Virus record (IMG/VR): IMGVR_UViG_3300032038_000031
Coordinates: 1-42,369 of that record
DNA: 42,369 nt
Origin: a virus
Lineage: Duplodnaviria > Heunggongvirae > Uroviricota > Caudoviricetes
Reading direction: 5' to 3' (one strand)
The translations under genes were made by a program, and so were the position numbers. Of this stretch, positions 1-6,188 are shown in pieces. How positions within the stretch are numbered: position 1 is the first letter of the stretch; each line of letters opens with the position of its first letter. The notes under the pieces are model-generated. The model made no database searches and was not told the DNA's origin. It was given only the letters and a program-made list of their open reading frames with translations.

Positions 1-1
1 T

Positions 2-30
2 ATATTATCACATTTTTAAAGGTTTGTCAA
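2..30 (-). promoter_or_regulatory. sigmaA-type promoter pointing out of the left edge of the window
   Basis: Minus strand TTGACA-17bp-TAATAT with a TGn extended -10. Confidence 0.6.
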
Positions 31-48
31 GCCTTTTTTGAAATTTTC

Positions 49-120
49 TTAAAAAAGATTTTTCCAAAACTGGTAAATACAAAATCCGCCTAAAACAGTG
101 GCAATCAAACACACACTCAT
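49..120 (-). CDS. 23-aa hydrophobic peptide MSVCLIATVLGGFCIYQFWKNLF (not in the ORF track)
   Basis: AAGGAG RBS upstream of ATG at 120, TAA at 51-49, and an extended -10 (TGGTATAAT) at 163-155. Confidence 0.55.
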   Translation of the reverse strand: MSVCLIATVLGGFCIYQFWKNLF

Positions 121-182
121 TTTTTTTTGCTCCTTTCTTCATTTCTGTAATTAGATTATACCATTCAAAAAAGCAAAATACT

Positions 183-940
183 AGTGGGATTTTGCACAAA
201 GTTAAATAAAAATTTTTGTGCAATTTGTACAGTAAAAATTAAAATTTTGTAGACCTGCACAAAAAGGTCCGCCTTTTCTTTAGAGTTTTTGTGCATTTTA
301 ACTAAAAAAATAATTTTGTGCATTTTACACAACAGATTAGTTATTTTTTAAATAATTTTGTGCAGATTACCAAAAAATAATTTCGTCATTTTGTACAGTT
401 TTTAGGAAAAAACTAACTCATTTTTGTGCAGAACGCCGAAAGGTAAAAATTGGCAAGACTACCAAAAATTGGTAAAATTGGATGGCTTCGTTGTGTTTCG
501 AACTTTTGATTTATCAATTATTGATTTGTTAACAAATTCTAAATCAACTGTTGAGAAAAAGAAAGTTGATTTGTAAATGATTGATCTTTGAATAGTTTAT
601 TTGTAAATCATTTCAGGAAAAAATGCCAATTTTTGGCAACAAAAAAACTCTGTCAAAATTTGGAAGAATTACCAAAAATTGGTAACAACGGACAACTTTG
701 TTGTGTTTCGAACTTTTGACTAGTAAATTATTACTTTGTCAGCTTTTTACTTTTGACCATTTCAACAGTAGATAGTTTAAAAGTAAACCTTCTAGATCAG
801 CATTGTTTCCTTTGCAACTGATCAAAAGTGAACAGTTAACTTGTTAATTGTTTCATTGTCAATTGTTTACAAGTAAACTTCGTCATTTTGCACAAAATTA
901 GGAAAAATTACCAAAAAATGTTTGTGCAAAATGACGAAAA
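183..940. repeat. Cluster of about 12 degenerate 7-3-7 dyads, consensus near TTGTGCA-N3-TGCACAA
   Basis: Examples at 216, 289, 316, 358, 382, 424, 670, 879 and 921. Positions 879-896 and 921-938 are a perfect 18-bp inverted repeat. Confidence 0.65.
460..715 (+). repeat. Duplicated module TACCAAAAATTGGTAA...GTTGTGTTTCGAACTT, 210 bp apart
   Basis: Identical 16-mers at 460/670 and at 490/700; each copy directly precedes a 15-bp lattice array. Confidence 0.85.
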
Positions 941-1198
941 AAAATTTTGCAAAAAATACTTGACTTCTGCAAATCGGTTCGGCTTGAATGTTACCGAACC
1001 GTTCACTTTTAAACCTTTTACTTTTGAATTATTTATTTATTAACATTATACAATTAAATACTTTTTTTTGAACATTTTTAAAAGTAAAAGGTTGCGCTGT
1101 AAATAATTGAGGTGTTGACTTTTGGGAATTAAATTATTTATTTTATTTGTAAAATTTTGATAAGAAAATAGTTGACTAGTAAATAGTTTACAATTTTT
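506..1198. repeat. Left 15-bp-pitch arrays of degenerate 12-bp palindromes (506-607, 716-877, 1002-1118, 1142-1198)
   Basis: Boxes such as TTGATTTGTAAA, TTGACTAGTAAA, TTTACAAGTAAA and TTTAAAAGTAAA fall on an exact 15-bp phase within each block. Confidence 0.8.
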
Positions 1199-1231
1199 CG
1201 GGGTTAAAATGTCCGTTTACAATAAATAAAT

Positions 1232-1417
1232 TTACCAATTATTGCCATTTGGGGGGTGGGGATTTTTAGCAAAAACTGGTAAATTTCGGCTAGAATTTTC
1301 TGAACTTATCTTCACTTTAAAGCCAATTTCCGCACTATTTAATAAAGCCTTTAAATCAATAGTAGAAAGTAATTGATCTAATACACTAATTTCTTGTAAA
1401 GTGAATTTTTCAGTCAT
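1232..1417 (-). CDS. hypothetical protein, 61 aa
   Basis: AGGAGG RBS and its own sigmaA promoter upstream. Confidence 0.65.
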   Translation of the reverse strand: MTEKFTLQEISVLDQLLSTIDLKALLNSAEIGFKVKISSENSSRNLPVFAKNPHPPNGNNW

Positions 1418-1453
1418 ACTTATTCTAGCCTCCTTTCTTTATTTTTATAATAA

Positions 1454-1482
1454 ATTATAACAATTTTTTTTATAAAATGCAA
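1454..1482 (-). promoter_or_regulatory. sigmaA promoter
   Basis: TTGCAT-17bp-TATAAT on the minus strand. Confidence 0.7.
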
Positions 1483-1490
1483 TAAAAATA

Positions 1491-1512
1491 ACCACAGAAA
1501 AAATCTGTGGTT
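1491..1512 (-). terminator. intrinsic terminator
   Basis: ACCACAGA/TCTGTGGT stem followed by a T-rich tract on the minus strand, downstream of ORF 1751-1521. Confidence 0.6.
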
Positions 1513-1520
1513 TATATATA

Positions 1521-1751
1521 TCAATAGATTATTAACAAAGCTATTGTAATACCCGTAAAAACAATATCTTTTATTAGATTAGCTTTTGGGAGCTTTAAGG
1601 CTAAATCTCTAATTACTCCAAATACATTAGCCAATAAGTATAATATTTGAGCAAATATATACATATAGCCTACAGTAATTTGACCTATTACGCATAAAAG
1701 CAGTGTAATATATCCTACAATTTCCCATAGAATAAATATTTTTTTGTCCAT
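1521..1751 (-). CDS. small membrane protein, 76 aa, about 3 hydrophobic segments
   Basis: Hydrophobic translation; GAAAGGGGGTG RBS upstream. Confidence 0.75.
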   Translation of the reverse strand: MDKKIFILWEIVGYITLLLCVIGQITVGYMYIFAQILYLLANVFGVIRDLALKLPKANLIKDIVFTGITIALLIIY

Positions 1752-1808
1752 ATTAATTCACCCCCTTTCTTAATTTCTTTAATGTTAAGGGCTATCCCCT
1801 TATTTCTT

Positions 1809-1982
1809 TTACATATCTCCTATAATATGTAATAGACAAGTATTAAAACAACTTGTAATTACATCCATATTATTTGACTGATCGCATATAGAGCAGAACC
1901 ATAATGTAAATGGATCTTCCATTCCTAATTCATGAATTACAATATCTTGTAGTTTTTCTTTTGTATATTCTATCTTGTTCAT
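1809..1982 (-). CDS. hypothetical protein, 57 aa (start reassigned to MNKIEY)
   Basis: AGGAGG RBS directly upstream of the ATG at 1982. Confidence 0.7.
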   Translation of the reverse strand: MNKIEYTKEKLQDIVIHELGMEDPFTLWFCSICDQSNNMDVITSCFNTCLLHIIGDM

Positions 1983-2013
1983 AAGTAACCTCCTATGTTT
2001 ACTATACAAGGGA

Positions 2014-2205
2014 CTAACCCCTGTATAGTAAATTTTTTCTTACAATTCCGTCAATTTCTTTAGCACAGTTAACTGCTTTATCAAGATCATTAAAACCGCC
2101 CCAATACCAAAATTGACCATTTTTATCGGTATATCTTGCTACTAAATATTGACAAGACTTACCATATTCGGTAACATTATTAATTTCTTGGAATCGTGTA
2201 ATCAT
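2014..2205 (-). CDS. hypothetical protein, 63 aa
   Basis: GGAGG RBS; ATGA overlap with the upstream gene. Confidence 0.75.
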   Translation of the reverse strand: MITRFQEINNVTEYGKSCQYLVARYTDKNGQFWYWGGFNDLDKAVNCAKEIDGIVRKNLLYRG

Positions 2206-2633
2206 ACACTATACACCTCCTTTTTCCATTCTTCAAGTTTTCTTTTATATGTATCTTCTGCTAATGTTAAATCTCTATATGCTACAGCATATGGAGTTAC
2301 ATCCATATAATCTACCCAATAAAGGTCTTCTACTCTGCAAATTTTAGGTGTAGGTACTCGGCTACCAAATTTGTTTTCAAATTCAACAACAATACAATAT
2401 TCACTACCATCATAAAAAAACAATGGTTCATCATATGGTAGGCTATAATCACTAGCTACTCTGAAAATTTGCCACATTTTGGCAAGTTCTCTATTAGACC
2501 CAACATAAATATCAGCCCTTAATTTGCTATCCCAATTCTGAGTACCTGTTAGATAAGGGCAACCAAGTTCACCTTTTTCAACTCTTAAAGTTGAAGTGTA
2601 ATTTTTGTAACCATCAATTGTAATTTTTTTCAT
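2202..2633 (-). CDS. hypothetical protein, 143 aa
   Basis: AAAGGA RBS; first gene downstream of the promoter at 2691-2719. Confidence 0.8.
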   Translation of the reverse strand: MKKITIDGYKNYTSTLRVEKGELGCPYLTGTQNWDSKLRADIYVGSNRELAKMWQIFRVASDYSLPYDEPLFFYDGSEYCIVVEFENKFGSRVPTPKICRVEDLYWVDYMDVTPYAVAYRDLTLAEDTYKRKLEEWKKEVYSV

Positions 2634-2690
2634 AATCCTTTACCTTGATAAGCCCTGTAGGCTTATCCCTTTCCTTAATTCTTTAATTAT

Positions 2691-2719
2691 ATTATACAGT
2701 AAAAAACTTAAAAAAGCAA
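2691..2719 (-). promoter_or_regulatory. sigmaA promoter with extended -10
   Basis: TTGCTT-17bp-TATAAT on the minus strand. Confidence 0.7.
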
Positions 2720-2798
2720 GAATTGTAACAAAGTTGTAACCATTTATTACAGCATTGTAACCATTTTATTTTTTTCTTAAATTACCATTCTCTGGCAG

Positions 2799-3441
2799 TT
2801 GCTTTTGAAATAGTGAACAAAACAAAGGTTTCAAAGTAAATAGATCATTTGTACAATAGTTCAAAAGTAACAATGTATTTTACACAGTGTTCTAAGTAGA
2901 AAGTTGACTGTTGATTATTTCAAAAATAACAAGATTATTAATAACTAATTGACTAGTAAAAGATCTCCTTTAAAACATTGTAATAATACATAATTAATTA
3001 GTTAACAGTTAATAAGTAGATTATTGTTAATGTAATAATTAATTAGTTAACAGTTAATAAGTAGATTATTGTTAATGTAATAATTAATTAGTTAACAGTT
3101 AATAAGTAAATTATTGTTAATGTAATAGTTAATTAATCAACAGTTAATAAGTAAATTATTGCTAATACAATAGTTAACAAGTAAACCTTTGCTAATGAAT
3201 TATTTAATAAATAAAATATTTACTTATCAACATTTGACTTGTAAACTGTTAACAAATAAACTGTTTACTTATCAACAATTAAATAGTAAACTGTTAACAA
3301 ATAAACTGTTTACTTATCAACAATTAAATAGTAAACTGTTAACAAATAAACTGTTTACTTTTGGGATAATTGATAATTAAACCGTTTACAAAAAAACAAT
3401 TTCAAAATAAAAAATTTACTAGTAAACATTTGACTTGTAAA
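2799..3441. repeat. Right 15-bp lattice: 38 in-phase positions (2799-3365) plus 5 after a 1-bp shift (3370-3441); contains two 45-bp higher-order tandem arrays (2990-3169, 4 copies; 3241-3360, 2.7 copies)
   Basis: Each 45-bp unit splits into three 12+3 subunits, e.g. ctg-TTAACAAATAAA-ctg-TTTACTTATCAA-caa-TTAAATAGTAAA. The perfect palindrome TTTACTAGTAAA occurs at 3415. Confidence 0.9.
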
Positions 3442-3641
3442 AAGGTCCGCAAGCGAACCTATCAAAATTCGTTACAGAGGGGGTGTGATTTTAACGGCTT
3501 GAGTCTACTTTTCTTAGCATCAAAAGGAAGCATTCTGAAAATATATTTTATTATAAAAACAATATTATTTTGTGGGTGGGGGTGTGTTTTTGGGAAAAAT
3601 AAAAATTTGATTTTATTTTTTTATTTTAGCTCCACCTCTCT

Positions 3642-3740
3642 CACTCCAAATAATTTTTTCAATTTTGGAATTTCCACTCCAAATAAATTTTTCAATTTCA
3701 GAAAACATAAACCACACTCCAAATAATTTTTTCAATTTTG
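3642..3740 (+). repeat. Three direct repeats of about 26 bp, CACTCCAAATAA(T/A)TTTTTCAATTT
   Basis: Copies start at 3642, 3675 and 3715. Confidence 0.85.
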
Positions 3741-3776
3741 AAATCCCCGTTCTAAATAAAAATTTTAAACCATCGC

Positions 3777-3805
3777 TTGATTTTGCAAAAAAAATATGAT
3801 ATAAT
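3777..3805 (+). promoter_or_regulatory. sigmaA promoter with extended -10, at the head of the morphogenesis module
   Basis: TTGATT-17bp-TATAAT preceded by TGA; AAGGAG RBS downstream. Confidence 0.7.
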
Positions 3806-3835
3806 TAATTAAAAAAGGAGCGATAAAAATAAAAA

Positions 3836-4900
3836 ATGTCAGAATTAAAATTAGATTATACAATCACCTCTCCACAAGAGAGAAACAAATTAGTAAATAA
3901 TATTTTAGAACAAACACCGTCATCTCAGCTGACTCCTAAATATCTTGAAATATTAGCTGATTATTTAGTTATTCCCGCAGAAAAAGAAGAAAAAAAGAAA
4001 AAACAAATTCTTACTAATAACCATATGGTAACAGTTAACAAAAGAGAAACTTCTTATCAGGGGATGGTAGATAAATTAGAGAATGGAGAAGACGGTTTAT
4101 ATAACCTTATGTCAGAGATGGGGAAAAATGTTCTTCTTGTCCCTAAAATTTCAATTACCGCAAAAGATATAGAAGAAGTACCTGGACTAAAAGAGTTAAG
4201 GGCGGAAATCGAAAAAATTAAAGCTTTAGAAAAAACTGCTCGAGGTAAACGAAAATATTTATTAAAAAAGCAATTAATTGAAATGTGTCAAGACCAATAT
4301 ATTTTAAAAAATTCTTATAGAAAAACACTTCAATTTCAAAAGCCTCAACGCAGTTTTACTCAATTTAATTTTGATGAACATCTGTCAGTTGCGGAAGATG
4401 GTAATATTCAATCAGATAGCCGCATTAATTTTATGAATCCGGCTCATATATCTGCTCTTCTCCGCAACTATTCCGCAATGAAAGAAGACTCTTGGGGCAA
4501 TTTTTCTAATGACTCTTGGTACATTATGGAGGACTTAGACAATTTAATAGAATCCGCCTTAAAAGAAAAATTCCCGCTTTATTATGATTTAACTGTTTTA
4601 AAGATAGAGGGGGCATCAAATGCGGAAATACAACAACAGCTAAAAGAGAAGCATGGTATAACTCATTCTATTGAATATCTCTCTTCATTGTGGCGAAATA
4701 AAATTCCTAAATTGTTAGCGGATAAAGCTCAAGAAGATTATCTAATTTGGTATTATACAAATGTTGAAAAGGGGAAATGGAAAAGATGTTCTAGATGCGG
4801 TGAAATTAAACTAGCTCATAGCAAATTTTTTACTAAAAACAAAAGCAGTAAAGATGGTTGGTATTCTATTTGTAAATGTTGCCGCAATAAGAAAAAGTAA
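3836..4900 (+). CDS. putative DNA-binding regulator, 354 aa, with an HTH-like segment and a C-terminal CxxC...CxxC Zn finger
   Basis: LKIEGASNAEIQQQL...HSIEYLSSLW resembles a sigma-region-4 HTH; KRCSRCGE...ICKCC forms the Zn finger. Confidence 0.5.
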   Translation: MSELKLDYTITSPQERNKLVNNILEQTPSSQLTPKYLEILADYLVIPAEKEEKKKKQILTNNHMVTVNKRETSYQGMVDKLENGEDGLYNLMSEMGKNVLLVPKISITAKDIEEVPGLKELRAEIEKIKALEKTARGKRKYLLKKQLIEMCQDQYILKNSYRKTLQFQKPQRSFTQFNFDEHLSVAEDGNIQSDSRINFMNPAHISALLRNYSAMKEDSWGNFSNDSWYIMEDLDNLIESALKEKFPLYYDLTVLKIEGASNAEIQQQLKEKHGITHSIEYLSSLWRNKIPKLLADKAQEDYLIWYYTNVEKGKWKRCSRCGEIKLAHSKFFTKNKSSKDGWYSICKCCRNKKK

Positions 4901-4943
4901 TGGGCTATTTTAAATCATTCTTTTATAATTATTTTAAATATTA
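4901..4943 (+). promoter_or_regulatory. candidate phage late-promoter motif
   Basis: TGGGCT, then about 31 nt later a T-run followed by ATATTA; the motif recurs at 6 other gene starts. Confidence 0.4.
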
Positions 4944-4961
4944 AAAAAGGAGGAAAAATAA

Positions 4962-6188
4962 ATGGCGGAAGAACAACAAAAACGAACTTGCATTAAATGC
5001 GGTCGTTTAATGTTAGAAAAAGAATTCTACACCAAAAAGAATGGCGAAAAAACAGATATGTGTAAAAAGTGCTTAACTATGCATGTAGACTGTTGGGATC
5101 CTGATACTTTTACTTGGATTTTAAAAGAAATAGATGTCCCCTATATTCCTCAAGAATGGAATGTTTTAAGGGATAAGGCGTATAAAGAAAAAAAAGGCAA
5201 AATGTCTGGTACTGCGGTGATGGGTAAATATCTATCTAAGATGCATTTAACTCAATTTAAGCAGTTTACATGGGCGGATTCAGAAAAAATATTAGAACAA
5301 TTAAAAGAAACAGCTGAAACCCGCAAAGAAGCTCAAAAGCAATTTGAGAAAGAATTAAAAGAGCAACTAGCAAAAGGCGAGATTTCAGAAGCCCAATATA
5401 AAACTTATATTAGCACAGAAACACAACATGAAGAAGATTTACAAGCGGAAATTGGAGATACTGTTGGAGCAAAGAATGCTTTTAATGAAGATAATTTTAT
5501 GTCAGAAGAGGAATTATTTAATTATCAAGATGAATTAACTCAAGAAGATAAAATTATGTTAGCAACAAAATGGGGGCGTTTATATCAGCCTCATGAGTGG
5601 GTCTTCTTAGAACAGCACTATAGAGAGATGGAACAAGGATTTGATATTCAAGATCCAGACTCAATTAATACTTTAAAAATTTTAAGTAAAACTTATTTAA
5701 AGATGAATCAAGCTATTGATTCAGGAGATATAGACACATATCAAAAGTTATCTAGAGTATATGATTCTCTAAGAAAATCTTCAAAATTTACTGCCGCACA
5801 AAAGAAAGAAGAAAAAGAGGATGCGGTTGACTGTGTGGGGAATTTAGTTGCCTATTGTGAAACCCATGGAGGGCAAATCCCACGTTATGAAATTGAAGAA
5901 CCGAAAGATAAAGTTGATATTATTATAAAGGATTTAAAAAGATATACAAAAGATTTAGTCTATGAAGATACTGCTCTTGCTCGTCAAATTGAAGACTATT
6001 TGAAAAAAAGAGAGATTTTAGATCAAGAGGCAAGAGATGAAGCCAAAAGAAGATCTATGACTCTTGAAGAAGAACAAGAAGAAGCAATTATTTCTGATGA
6101 AGATCATATAGCATTTTTGGCGGATGAAGAAAAACAAAGAAAAGCAGATAATGATCAACAAGGGGAGGCGGCAAGTAATAGATTATGA
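4962..6188 (+). CDS. probable terminase small subunit with an N-terminal Zn finger, 408 aa
   Basis: Lies immediately upstream of terL with an overlapping stop/start; CIKCG...MCKKC motif. Assignment is mainly positional. Confidence 0.5.
   Translation: MAEEQQKRTCIKCGRLMLEKEFYTKKNGEKTDMCKKCLTMHVDCWDPDTFTWILKEIDVPYIPQEWNVLRDKAYKEKKGKMSGTAVMGKYLSKMHLTQFKQFTWADSEKILEQLKETAETRKEAQKQFEKELKEQLAKGEISEAQYKTYISTETQHEEDLQAEIGDTVGAKNAFNEDNFMSEEELFNYQDELTQEDKIMLATKWGRLYQPHEWVFLEQHYREMEQGFDIQDPDSINTLKILSKTYLKMNQAIDSGDIDTYQKLSRVYDSLRKSSKFTAAQKKEEKEDAVDCVGNLVAYCETHGGQIPRYEIEEPKDKVDIIIKDLKRYTKDLVYEDTALARQIEDYLKKREILDQEARDEAKRRSMTLEEEQEEAIISDEDHIAFLADEEKQRKADNDQQGEAASNRL

Noticed and set aside
8-223. 71-aa minus-strand ORF from the track
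   Set aside because: No RBS; it overlaps promoter elements, dyad sites and a better-supported 23-aa ORF in another frame.
2990-3360. CRISPR array
   Set aside because: The repeats are contiguous tandem units with no unique spacers, and no cas genes are present.
2799-3441. DnaA-box origin, or Fur/PerR/BlaI host operator array
   Set aside because: No TTATCCACA boxes, and the 12-bp consensus does not match those operators.
3189-3726. ORFs 3189-3380 and 3370-3726
   Set aside because: They are translations of the lattice and low-complexity DNA (the 15-aa repeat is simply the 45-bp unit) and lack an RBS.
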